Part shown: positions 20,515-30,316 of the stretch, piece after piece
Layout of the letters: the number at the start of each line of letters is the position of its first letter
Numbering within the stretch: the first letter of the stretch is position 1
From: an uncultured Gammaproteobacteria bacterium
Lineage (GTDB): Bacteria; Pseudomonadota; Gammaproteobacteria; UBA9214
DNA length: 64,000 bases
Assembly: GCA_963748215.1 (NCBI GenBank)
Contig: CAVVHS010000007.1
Span: 192,001-256,000 of the forward strand
Direction of reading: 5' to 3'
Program-made: the position numbers and the translations under genes
The notes under the pieces: model-generated
What the model was told of the DNA's origin: nothing
The model's database searches: none
Seen by the model: only the letters and a program-made list of their open reading frames with translations

Positions 20515-21551
20515 GTGAGCGGTGAAAGCCAGCAGGCAGCAAGTCCCGGCGGCCGCGGCAAACGGCTTGCATCCGCCGTCGGCTGGGGTGTCGTCCTGCT
20601 CGTCATCCTGGCGGGGAGCCGGTTCATGACCGGTATGCCCGGCAGCTCCTGGTCGGGACCGTTGCCGCCCCTGACCGGTGAGCAACAGCGGATCCATGAC
20701 AATCTCAAGCGCCATGTTGCGGAGCTGGCCGGCCGCATCGGCGAGCGCAACGTCTGGCGCCCCGAGGCCATGACGGACGCCGCCGGTTATATCCGCAAGA
20801 CCCTGGAAGACGCGGGCTACGCGGTCAGTGTCCAGCCCTTTACCAGCCGCGGTCAGACCGTGAACAACATCGAGGCCGTACTGCCCGGGCACGGTGCGGC
20901 GGATGAAAGTCATTGTCGCCGGGGCGCATTACGATTCGGTGGTCGGCTCCCCGGGGGCCAACGACAATGCCTCGGGGGTGGCCGCGCTGCTGGAACTTGC
21001 CCGCTTGCTGGCCGGGACGGCGCTGCCGCGTAGCGTGCGCTTCGTGGCCTTTGCCAATGAGGAAGCACCGTTCTTCTACGGTGATGAGATGGGGAGCAAG
21101 CGGTATGCCGCCCGTGCGCGTGCCCAGGGCGAGCGCATCGCGGCGATGCTCTCGCTGGAGACGATCGGTTATTACACCGATCAGCCGGCCAGCCAGCGCT
21201 ATCCCTTTCCGTTCAACCTGTTCTACCCCGATACCGGTAATTTCATCGGTTTTGTCGGCGATCTCTCGTCCTGGCGCCTGGTGCGCCGGGCGACCGGGGC
21301 CTTCCGTGCCTCGACGGCCTTTCCCTCGGAAGGCGTGGCGGCACCGCGCGCGACGAAGGGTGTGCACTGGTCGGACCACTGGTCCTTCTGGGAGGCCGGA
21401 TACCCGGCCATCATGGTCACGGACACCGCGCTGTACCGTTACCCGCATTACCACGCAGTCGACTGACACACCGGACAAGCTGGATTACACCGGCCTGGCA
21501 CGGGTGACCGGCGGGCTGGCGGAGGTGATTGCGGCACTGGCGGGGGAGTAA
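20515..21551 (+). pseudogene. M28 family peptidase with two +1 frameshifts (pseudogene or assembly errors)
   Basis: N-terminal part in 20515-21033; GAHYD, GANDNASG, NEE, SDH, YH in 20894-21466; DTPDKLDY C-terminus in the third frame; shifts near 20908 and 21460. Confidence 0.85.
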
Positions 21552-21692
21552 CAACAATAAAAAGGGGTAGTGCCTTTTTCTTGGTAGCATGATCGAGGAA
21601 TAAGGAATGGTGCGTAAAACGCACCCTACAATTTAATGCTGGCCCTCTAAACTGGAGCAGTTCGTTGGGTGAATTAAAACAGGACGTAGTGC

Positions 21693-21902
21693 CACAGCTG
21701 TCGCACATAATCTTCAGGAAGGTGTATTGAATGCGGCTATTCCAGTGATCAGATTGTGGGCAGTACGTGGACATGACATTCCAGAACAACAATGATGTCA
21801 TACCCGCGAAGGCGGGTATCCAGTAAGTCACTGATTAGCAGGGGCACAAAGGTTCCTGGATTCCCGCCTTCGCGGGAATGACGGCTATGTGGGACAGCAG
21901 TG
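21693..21902. mobile_element. TIR-bounded element (CACTGCTGTCCCACATA-type ends) enclosing a GTCATTCCCGCG-type REP doublet
   Basis: cacagctgtcgcacata ... tatgtgggacagcagtg; internal gtcatacccgcgaaggcggg...cccgccttcgcgggaatgac; homologous to 55949-56263. Confidence 0.65.
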
Positions 21903-22080
21903 GGGCAGTGCCCTTTTCCTGGTAGCATGATCGAGGAATAAGCAGGGTGCGCTGTGCGCACCATTCCCGGTGCGTGAAACGCACCCTACAATTTAAAAAT
22001 AAATGGGGGTCAGATCCCGGTTTTCACTAATATTCACATGCAAACGCGCACCAGCCTGGATTTTGTCTTGAAAGCTCATC

Positions 22081-22584
22081 ATGATCATTCACTGCACCCG
22101 TAAACTCGCTGCAAAGCTACCCGTGGTATCCGGCACGCCATTGACGGAAACCAGTCCGCTGGGCAGCTGGCATGCCAACCTGTACAGCATTGACCGGCGC
22201 AACTGTGTGCTGTTCTGCCACGACGAGCTGCGCTACACGCTGTTCCTGCCCGGCCTGCGCAAGCCGCAGTTCGCGGAGCTGGGCCGCTGGTTCCGGGAAT
22301 TGTTTACGGCATCGCTCGCGTATACGGGTATGTCCGATAACCAGGTGCGGCGCGCGGAACTCGCGTTGGGTCCGGTTGCGTTCGATACCTGTACCGACCG
22401 CTCGGTACTTGGCAGTCTGAACCAGATGCGTTTCCTGCTGGATGGCCGGGTGAGCGAGGTCAGCGATGTGATGTTGCTCAATCCGCTGTCGGTGAATCGC
22501 TGGTTGTGTCATTACCCGGTGCGCCGTGGCAAGGCGGTCTGGATGGCGGATGAGGCCATGTGTGAGCGGGTGGCGACGTTGTGA
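22081..22584 (+). CDS. DUF6933-like protein
   Basis: MIIHCT.KL, LGSWHANL..IDRR.C.LF, T.DRSVLGSLN motifs. Confidence 0.7.
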   Translation: MIIHCTRKLAAKLPVVSGTPLTETSPLGSWHANLYSIDRRNCVLFCHDELRYTLFLPGLRKPQFAELGRWFRELFTASLAYTGMSDNQVRRAELALGPVAFDTCTDRSVLGSLNQMRFLLDGRVSEVSDVMLLNPLSVNRWLCHYPVRRGKAVWMADEAMCERVATL

Positions 22585-22608
22585 CGCGGAGGTTCTACAG
22601 TCATTGGA

Positions 22609-22692
22609 GTAATTGGGGACAGACCACGTTTTTCTCTGAAAGATTGCTGACTTCGTCTTCCTTGCAGAAAAACGTGGTCTGTCCCCAATTAC
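22609..22692. repeat. Perfect 27-bp inverted repeat (GGGGACAGA type)
   Basis: GTAATTGGGGACAGACCACGTTTTTCT / AGAAAAACGTGGTCTGTCCCCAATTAC. Confidence 0.9.
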
Positions 22693-22729
22693 CAAAATTA
22701 CCAAAGGCATTGGTTATACGGAGGCAGAT

Positions 22730-23255
22730 ATGATGGAGAAGCTGGCACGCATCGGCAATAGCAGACTCTACTGGCTGGCAGTGGCATTGATCGGAATCTC
22801 GTTCGAAGCGGTTGGACTGTATTATCAGCACGTGCTCGAGGAGATGCCCTGTGTGCTCTGCATCCATGTGCGTCTCTGGCTGATGGCCCTGATCATTGTT
22901 GCGCTGCTGGCGCAATTACAGCTGCGGCTGAGATTCAAACCGATACCGGTGCATCTGCTGACGGTGGTGATTGCAGCGGGGCTGCTGGAGCGTTCATACC
23001 AGCTGCTCGGCACGGAACGCGGCTTTGTGGTCGGGGACTGTGGCTTTGACCTGGGACTGCCGGCCTGGTTCACGCCCGATGCGTGGCTGCCGAGCCTGTT
23101 CCAGGTGCAGGTCTCATGCGGTTATACGCCGGAGTTGCTGTTCGGCGTCACCATGGCGCAGGCCCTGATTGTGGTGTCCGCCAACTTTTGTGATGATCAC
23201 TGTCACCATGCTGGTGGCGGCTGGTGCGGAGCCTCACAGGTCAGCTACTGAATAA
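22730..23255 (+). CDS. dsbB: Disulfide bond formation protein B family (copy 1; +1 frameshift in last TM near 23183)
   Basis: PCVLC..R motif, second Cys pair (C..F, SCG); removing one base restores a TM ending TAA 23255 that matches the paralog. Confidence 0.8.
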
Positions 23256-23389
23256 TCGGGGGCAGACTGAGTTCGTGGGGTGCGCTGTGCGCACCATACC
23301 CGGTGCGTGAAACGCACCCTACAATTTAATGAATAAAAACAGGAGTCAGACCCTGTTTTCGGGCCTGATCCCATTGAAGGAATTTATTC

Positions 23390-24472
23390 ATGCACATCCT
23401 GGTTCTTGTCCTCGCCTGGCTAACTCCGGCACTGATCGCCGAAATGCTCGGCTGGCGTGGTGTCTGGGGCGGTGGGGGTGCATTCGGTGATTACATCATT
23501 CCCATACCCGTCGCGGGTGGCGCAATGCACGTGCCCAGCTTTGTGGTGCTGGCAGTGGTCGTATTCGCGAACCGGCGCAGGACCGAAGCCGGGCGAAGCT
23601 TCCTGCCCCTGTTCGCATTTTGCATTGCCGCCGCGGGGCTCGCCGCCATGCTCGATTTCGATCGTCTGAACAGCTGGCTGTTCACGGATTACGAACCCTC
23701 TGGTTCGCCGTTCCGGTTTGATAGCAATCCGTTTTTCCTGTTCGTGACGACTGACGCACTCTGGGCCGGCATTTACTCGCTCACGATCGGCAAGGCCTCG
23801 CCGGTACGTAGCTGGTTGGTATTGCCACTCGTGCCATTCGTGGTGATTGCAGGCCACGCCCTGGCTTACCGCACGGGCGGCCCGGTGTTCAAGATTGGTC
23901 ACGCGTTTCCGGGCAGTTCACGGGGAGAGGAGACCTTGATGATCTATACCTCGGCACCCTACGAGGAGGCGGGATTCCTCGCTTGGCTGGATACGAGTTC
24001 GCTGTCGCGGCCGTGGACAAATCCCAATGCCGAGCACGTCGCCGTGGTTTTTACGAACAGCCTGCAGGCGATGAAGTGGCATTGGAAAAAAGATGCAGAA
24101 ACGGGTGATGAACACATCATTGCGACCATCTGCCTGTACGAAGAAGACCAGTCTGTGGTCCCGTACGCGGGATACCACGACTGTTTCGCCGGGCACGAGA
24201 CAGCCGGTGAGACACTGGCCAGGCTCACCACGGAGGAATCGACGGGACTCGGTCGCGACATCGATAGCTGGTATGCGCTGGCCCGCCTGTGCGACGACGT
24301 CAAAATCCCGGACACGCCGTCAACGGATATCGAACGGGTGGGTATGTGCCAGGGCATGCACCGTGTCTATCCCAAACGTCTGCGTCAGTTTATAGCGCGG
24401 TACGGCGAGGACTCGCCACAGGTTCGTTTCGTCCGCGCAGAAGATGCAGCGCGGAACCTGTCTGCACCGTAA
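23390..24472 (+). CDS. Hypothetical membrane protein
   Basis: 360-aa ORF, AAGGA RBS, several N-terminal hydrophobic helices and a soluble C-terminal domain. Confidence 0.7.
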   Translation: MHILVLVLAWLTPALIAEMLGWRGVWGGGGAFGDYIIPIPVAGGAMHVPSFVVLAVVVFANRRRTEAGRSFLPLFAFCIAAAGLAAMLDFDRLNSWLFTDYEPSGSPFRFDSNPFFLFVTTDALWAGIYSLTIGKASPVRSWLVLPLVPFVVIAGHALAYRTGGPVFKIGHAFPGSSRGEETLMIYTSAPYEEAGFLAWLDTSSLSRPWTNPNAEHVAVVFTNSLQAMKWHWKKDAETGDEHIIATICLYEEDQSVVPYAGYHDCFAGHETAGETLARLTTEESTGLGRDIDSWYALARLCDDVKIPDTPSTDIERVGMCQGMHRVYPKRLRQFIARYGEDSPQVRFVRAEDAARNLSAP

Positions 24473-24529
24473 TCAAGCGCTATGGTAATGACCGGGGTCA
24501 GATCCCGGTTTCCTCCGCCGGTTTTACCT

Positions 24530-24712
24530 GCGCGTGAAACGCACCCTGCAATTCAAGGCTGGCCTTCAAACTGGGGCAGTTCGTGGGGTGCGCTGTGCGC
24601 ACCCTTCCCGGTGCGTGAAACGCACCCTGCAATTTAAGGCTGACTTCTAACCTGGAGCAGTTCGTGGGGCGCGCTATGCGCACCCTTCCCGGTGCGTGAA
24701 ACGCACCCTGCA
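24530..24712. repeat. REP doublet tandem (reverse orientation relative to the left part of the window)
   Basis: GGTGCGCTGTGCGCACC-cttccc-GGTGCGTGAAACGCACCCTGC repeated. Confidence 0.85.
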
Positions 24713-24864
24713 TTTAATGTTGAATAATGAAGGGAATTATCGGGGGTCAGCGCACAATTTCATACCTTATTTGGCCATGATGATTCCGCAGGCGTCGCGT
24801 GAAACACCTGCACAGCCATGCTTGCGCACGATTAAATGGGCGCTGACCCCTTTGACCGATCGTG

Positions 24865-25713
24865 TTATTCAGTCGGACTTTGCGTGTCATTCTGCGTGCG
24901 ACTCTCGAGCTGCCCCAGTTCGGCCTCGAGTTTGGTCAACGCTTCCCTGTACGTCCCGACCTGTACCCTGGCCGCAGCGAGTGCATCACCGGCGGTGCTG
25001 GCCCTGATTCTTTCCTGCGCCAGTTCCTGTGTAACCGCTTGGAGTTCAGATTGCAGTGTTGCCAGTTGTTCGTCCCGGCTGGCGAGTGCGCTGTGCAGCT
25101 GGTTGCGTTCCGCGGTGAGAGACTGGTTATGTGCCTGATGGTTATTGATCAGCTGGTGCTGCTGTTCCAGTGTGGCGCTGGAGGTGTTCAGCGTTTCGAC
25201 CAGTTCCGTCACGCGCACCCGCAAGGCCTGTTGCTCGCGGCTACAGTACGTCATCTTGTCGGACAGTGATGCTTCGGTTGCAAGACTGTCCTGCAGCTCG
25301 TCGCGTAACTGCTCAAGCATGCTGCGGGCCTCGTCGAGTTCGCTGCTTTTAGCCGTCAATTGTTCCTGTGTCTGCTTCAGTTCGGCGCTGAGGGGATTTT
25401 CCCGTGCTGCCGGGGCCGTCGCAGGCGCCGCGGGATAGGCCTGGTATTGGCCGCCCGGTGGATAGTGAGGCGGGAATTGACCATAGCCCTGTTGAGGCGC
25501 AGGCCAGCGAGGGGCTTGTTGCCAGGTTTGCCCATACCCGCCCGGGTAGGAGGGCGGATACCAGCCCGGCGCAACGCCGCTGGCGGGTACAGGCGTTTGT
25601 CCGGCCGGTGCGGCCGATGCGTTTGTTGCTGTGTCTTCCGGCCAGGCACTGCCGGGAAGGCTGCCGATCAGCATGGCGGCAGCAAGGACGACAAACGACG
25701 TCAATTTGTTCAT
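24865..25713 (-). CDS. Exported protein with Pro/Gln/Tyr-rich region and long coiled coil
   Basis: Signal peptide, low-complexity segment, heptad-rich C-terminal half. Confidence 0.7.
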   Translation of the reverse strand: MNKLTSFVVLAAAMLIGSLPGSAWPEDTATNASAAPAGQTPVPASGVAPGWYPPSYPGGYGQTWQQAPRWPAPQQGYGQFPPHYPPGGQYQAYPAAPATAPAARENPLSAELKQTQEQLTAKSSELDEARSMLEQLRDELQDSLATEASLSDKMTYCSREQQALRVRVTELVETLNTSSATLEQQHQLINNHQAHNQSLTAERNQLHSALASRDEQLATLQSELQAVTQELAQERIRASTAGDALAAARVQVGTYREALTKLEAELGQLESRTQNDTQSPTE

Positions 25714-26071
25714 GACATGCCCCGTGTTTGAATTATTCTTGGTATCGGTAGCTGTTGATTTTACTCAAATCAAGAGCGAATCAAGGGCCCGGATACCTTC
25801 TTCCGTAAGGTATCCGGGCCCCTGGCTGCTTCATTGTGATCCCCACGGCAACTGCTCCTGCGTCGCCCAAGGCGCCTGCTTTGGGTGCACACGGCTCTGG
25901 CATGGCCCAGGCCAGTCTCTCGATCGCTGCGCGATCTCACCTTCTCCTGCCGTCGTCTCCCCAACCTTTCCCGGTGAATAGACCGGAGGGAGAGGGGGTG
26001 TGGGTCAGCAGAGAGCCAGCTTTTTTACAGGTATTCGGTCCCTTGTTGCTGGCCAGCCCTTTTTACTGACT

Positions 26072-26674
26072 TCAATTGGCCTTGATGATTCCACAGGCGT
26101 CGCGTGTACCACCTGCACAGCCTTTCTTGAGATCGCTTTCCTGGTCGCAGTAAGTATCTTCGTTGGTGTGAATGATAAAGCTGCTGCCGTCTGCGTCGAA
26201 CAGGCTCAGACGACCGGGGGACAGGGTAATCCGGTCGGTCGTATGCGTCATGGATCCCTTGCCGTTCTTTACCTCGATATTGACGAGATCGCCCATATGA
26301 TAGGGGTGATTGATGTCTGCTGCAGGCACCTCGTCGCCCGCGCTGTCCGGTCGCGTCTGACCGAATGGTCCCGGATCATGGTGACCTTTGGCTGCACTGC
26401 AGGGTTCACATGCACCCGTTTCGTGAATGTGCACCGCATGCTTGCCGTCAGGCAGGCCCTCTACCATGAGATGGACGATAACTGCCTTGATACCTTCGTC
26501 CGTCTCCTCTTCCGTGAGCATCGCAGTCCCCGAAATCTTCGGGTCTGTACAGCCTTTGATCTCGGACGTTGCGGTTAGCTGGGCGGCATATCCGGGCAGC
26601 GACAGGCAGGCCAGCGCCGCTGCAGCAATCAGGGACAGGCCGGCACGATGGGCGGATTTTGCTGGTGTGTTCAT
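26072..26674 (-). CDS. sodC: Periplasmic Cu/Zn superoxide dismutase family protein
   Basis: GKHAVHIHE.G.C, AKGH, HMGDL.NI, IIH...D, G.R.ACGII; signal peptide; GGAGGAG RBS. Confidence 0.88.
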   Translation of the reverse strand: MNTPAKSAHRAGLSLIAAAALACLSLPGYAAQLTATSEIKGCTDPKISGTAMLTEEETDEGIKAVIVHLMVEGLPDGKHAVHIHETGACEPCSAAKGHHDPGPFGQTRPDSAGDEVPAADINHPYHMGDLVNIEVKNGKGSMTHTTDRITLSPGRLSLFDADGSSFIIHTNEDTYCDQESDLKKGCAGGTRDACGIIKAN

Positions 26675-26983
26675 CGATGACTCCTCCTTTTGTAGTTGTT
26701 CATCCGGTTTTCGGGAGCATACACCCGATTTGGAATTCGTGGGGCAGGACATTATTTTTTAGGAGCGCATCTCATGGCCGTTCCCGCACATGGCCCAGGC
26801 CAGCCTCTCGACCCGGGCTATGCCCGTAAAAACGGTCTCACCTTCTCCATGTGCTCCACGGCACTTGTACATGGCCCAGGCCAGTTTCTCGACCGGTTCC
26901 CGGTCTCACCTTCTCCTGAACATCGCGCGATAGATATTGGCGACGGAACCACACGGAAGAACACGGAAATATCAATGCAGGAC

Positions 26984-27248
26984 CACTGCTGTCCCACATA
27001 AGCATCAGGAAAGTTCGTAGGGTGCGCTGTGCGCACTCTTTCCCGGTGCGTAAAACGCACCCTACAATTCAAGGCTGGCCCTCTAAACTGGCGCAGTTCG
27101 TAGGGTGCGCTGTGCGCACCATTCCCGGTGCGTAAAACGCACCCTACTACTGATGGCAAGGTTGTTGGCCGAATGAATTCGGCCCTGCAACGGTAATCTA
27201 CCCACGCGATTTGGGGATGAGCCAGTCAATGTATGTGGGACAGCAGTC
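26984..27248. mobile_element. TIR-bounded element (CACTGCTGTCCCACATA ends) enclosing GTAG REP doublets
   Basis: cactgctgtcccacata ... tatgtgggacagcagtc with two REP doublets and one GGCCGAATGAATTCGGCC inside. Confidence 0.65.
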
Positions 27249-27375
27249 GCTCTGACCCCCATTTCCTGCGCATAAAACCGGATCCTGATCAGGGTGATAG
27301 TTGAATTGCCGAGTTTCTGCATGATCTTACCTGCAAATCATTGCCACCTCCCTTCCTGCTACCTATGATCCCCTT

Positions 27376-27610
27376 ATGCCGCTCTTCCGTTTTCACCCTG
27401 CCGTGGCGCGCTGGTTCACGGCGCATTTTGCCGGTCCGCCCGGTTCGGGCAAGACCCTGGCCGCGCCGTTGCCGAATGAGACCCGGGTGTTGTATGTCTC
27501 GCCGCTGAAGGCCCTGTCCAACGACATCCACAAGAACCTCGAGCTGCCGCTGAATGGTATCCGTGACCAGCTGCTGGCAGCGGGGCTGTTTGATGTGCCC
27601 ATCACGGCAT
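27376..27610 (+). pseudogene. lhr: Internally deleted 5' fragment of lhr
   Basis: FHPAVA.WF, GSGKTLAA, RVLYVSPLKALSNDIHKNLELPL; ~155 bp highly similar to 32385-32540. Confidence 0.85.
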
Positions 27611-27713
27611 GCGAATTAAATAGGTTCAGAGCAAAATTTTCGCTAAAATCAAACAAGTATCCGGATCAAAGTCCGCCTGTCCCCCGGACGCCAACCCTTT
27701 GCCGACACACTCC

Positions 27714-28802
27714 ATGACACCCACCGAGATCTTCGAATCCCTGCGCCGTGATGTGATCGGGCAGGATGAGGCTCTGCGCGACATGGCCGTCGCCATTTAC
27801 AAGCACCTGATCGAGCACTCGGCCGGCAATGTGCTCATGATCGGCAATTCGGGCACCGGCAAGACCACCATCATGAAGGCCGTGGAACGGTTCTTCGCGG
27901 AGGCTGAAGGATATGAAAAATTCTCGACCATTATCCGCATCAACGCCAACCTCGTGGCTGACCTGGCGAACCGCGGCCAGCAGAGCAATGTGGTGATGGA
28001 CCGGCTGGCCCGCCACGCCGCCGAGCTCCTGGGTGAGAAGGCCGACCTGGAGACGGTGAGCGAGTACGTGGCCCACGGCATCGTCTGTGTCGACGAGGTC
28101 GACAAGATCCGCGCCGTGGTGGGCGGGGAGCCGAGTGTCAGAGGGATCACCGCCCAGGACAGCCTGCTCACCCTGATGGAGAACGAACATGTGCAGGTGG
28201 AGATGCGCTATTTCGAATCCGGCCGCTGGCATACGCAGGTCGAACCGGTCAATACCACACATGTCCTGTTCGTTGCCGGCGGCGCTTTCGAGGAGCTGTT
28301 TGACCAGGTGCTCGAGCGCGTCACCAAGCATTCCGGGATTGATAAATTCTACAAACAGGTGATCAGCGCCGACGGCAGTTACCAGCGCAAGTTTGAATTC
28401 AGGCTGAGTGAGCACCTGATCCAGGAAGATATCTTCAACTACGGCATGTCACCCCAATTCCTGTCGCGCTTCGACAGCACGATCATGCTGGGGGACCTGG
28501 GGGCTAAACACCTGGTGGAGATATTCAGGAATACGGAGGATGCCATATGGCCGCAGGCGGTAGAATATTTCCGGAAAATGGGTATCGACATGAACATCAC
28601 GGATGAAGCCGCCTTCCTGATTGCCGATATCGCGGCAGGCAAGAACCGGCTCGGTGCCCGTGCCCTGCGCGAGGTTTTTGGCTCGATTATCAAGCGGCTC
28701 GAGTTCGATCCCGTCGCCTCGGGGCTAGTGCAGGAGCGGGACGGCCAGCAGGTGCTCGTGATCACCCGGGAGATAGTCGAGGCGGCCCGGCAGGGCTATT
28801 AA
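27714..28802 (+). CDS. Divergent ClpX/HslU-like AAA+ ATPase
   Basis: VIGQDEA, Walker A GNSGTGKT, Walker B CVDEVDKI, LFVAGGAF, YG..PQFLSRF, GARALR; no Zn-binding N-domain. Confidence 0.88.
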   Translation: MTPTEIFESLRRDVIGQDEALRDMAVAIYKHLIEHSAGNVLMIGNSGTGKTTIMKAVERFFAEAEGYEKFSTIIRINANLVADLANRGQQSNVVMDRLARHAAELLGEKADLETVSEYVAHGIVCVDEVDKIRAVVGGEPSVRGITAQDSLLTLMENEHVQVEMRYFESGRWHTQVEPVNTTHVLFVAGGAFEELFDQVLERVTKHSGIDKFYKQVISADGSYQRKFEFRLSEHLIQEDIFNYGMSPQFLSRFDSTIMLGDLGAKHLVEIFRNTEDAIWPQAVEYFRKMGIDMNITDEAAFLIADIAAGKNRLGARALREVFGSIIKRLEFDPVASGLVQERDGQQVLVITREIVEAARQGY

Positions 28803-29170
28803 CGGGGCTGGATACGAATTCTGTAGTTATTCATATTTTCAGGTCTTTTTTTGCAGCTGGGGACTAATACCTGAGTCATTTCCATGCTGGAAGTGCGGAG
28901 GCCCGTTGCAGGAACTTCTGTTGCCACTGGCGCGCCACGAGGAATGCCCGCACTGCCGGACGCAGCTGCACGTGCACCGGATGTGTGTGTATTTCGATAC
29001 GTCAAAATAAAGGGGTCGGATACATTATTCCGTAGATTTCCAAAAAAGTATTCGATTCCATTAACTCGGAAGTAATCAGGATAGTCATCCCCCCAATTAA
29101 TTAACCCCTTGTATGGTCGATAAGGTAATTTTCTTCCTTCAATCAGGACGATGTCATGCTTATCAAACAA
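28799..29170 (-). CDS. Possible hypothetical protein or gene remnant (low GC)
   Basis: 123-aa ORF in AT-rich DNA; TTG start overlaps the next gene; no recognised motif. Confidence 0.3.
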   Translation of the reverse strand: MFDKHDIVLIEGRKLPYRPYKGLINWGDDYPDYFRVNGIEYFFGNLRNNVSDPFILTYRNTHTSGARAAASGSAGIPRGAPVATEVPATGLRTSSMEMTQVLVPSCKKRPENMNNYRIRIQPR

Positions 29171-30279
29171 AAGGACAACTCCCTGGAGCAGATCGATTAT
29201 TTGCAGGACTTGCTTGAGCGTGACTTGCCTGAAAAAACAAAGGCTATGATCGAGCGTGAGCTTAAGTGCCTCTGTTCCGGTAATAAAGGTGAGGAGTCAT
29301 CTGCCTATTACCTCGATTTTTCGTTCAAGCCAGCCAAAAACTGGGCGCTGATCCATGATCTGCGGCTGGAGCATGAAGGGTTTGTGGCTCAGATCGACCA
29401 TCTACTGATCGGCAGGATGCTTGACATCTATGTCATCGAATCTAAGAACTACAACCAGGGTGTAGCCATTTCCGATGAAGGAGATTTCAGTTACTTCTAT
29501 GGTAAGAAGCCGATTCCGATCGAATCACCCATTGCGCAGAACGAGCGACATATTCGACTTCTGGACCGCTATTTGACCGAAAATAACCTCCTGCCCAAAC
29601 GTCTGGGTGTGACCCTGCGACCCAATTATAAAAACATCGTGCTGATATCACCGACCTCACGACTTACGAAGCCCGCTAGAGGGCTGTACGATTGCAGTTC
29701 GGTCATGAAGTCAGACAAGTTCAGGGAGCGTTTCATGATGATCTGAAAGATGATTCGCCCGCCGCGTTCATCAGTCTTGCCAAGCTGATTTCAGAGCATA
29801 GTCTGCGCACATTCGCCGAATCCCTGGTGCTGAGGCATAAACCGGCCACGATCGATTACCTGCAGAAATTCGGGCTTGCGGGTAACCCGCAGACAGATGG
29901 GGTCGCAGGTAACAATACACCTGAAACAGAAGTTGCTGCAGAAATGGTTGATCAGGATGCGATTGTCCCGGCTTGTCCGCGGTGCGGGGCAGATATGGTG
30001 CGACGTACGGCAATGAAGGGTAAAAATGCCGGTCAGGAATTTTGGGGCTGTTCAGGATTTCCCAAGTGTTGGGGGGTGCTGCAAGATGGTATCGAGAATC
30101 CAGCGCCCGCTGAAGTGTCCACTGATGTAGAGGAAATGCCCTGTTGTCCGAAATGTGGCGGTAGCATGATCAAGTGTATTGCCAGGAAGGGTAAGAATGC
30201 CGGTCAGGAATTTCGGGGATGCGCCAGCTATCCAAAGTGCAGGGGAGTGCTGGACCTTGCATTGGCTGCGAACAAATAA
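29156..30279 (+). CDS. NERD domain + two topoisomerase-type C4 zinc ribbons (frameshift near 29735)
   Basis: G.KGE, IHDLRL, AQIDHLLI, VIESK, SPIAQN in frame 1; CPRCG.DM.RR...GQEFWGCS.FPKC and CPKCG..M...GC.SYPKC in frame 2. Confidence 0.85.
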
Positions 30280-30316
30280 CCCGTGATGCATTGCGTGAAC
30301 TCGTGTATGGACCCTG

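Noticed and set aside
21464-21466. TGA in the M28 peptidase as selenocysteine or readthrough
   Set aside because: The conserved C-terminus continues in a different frame, so a frameshift explains it
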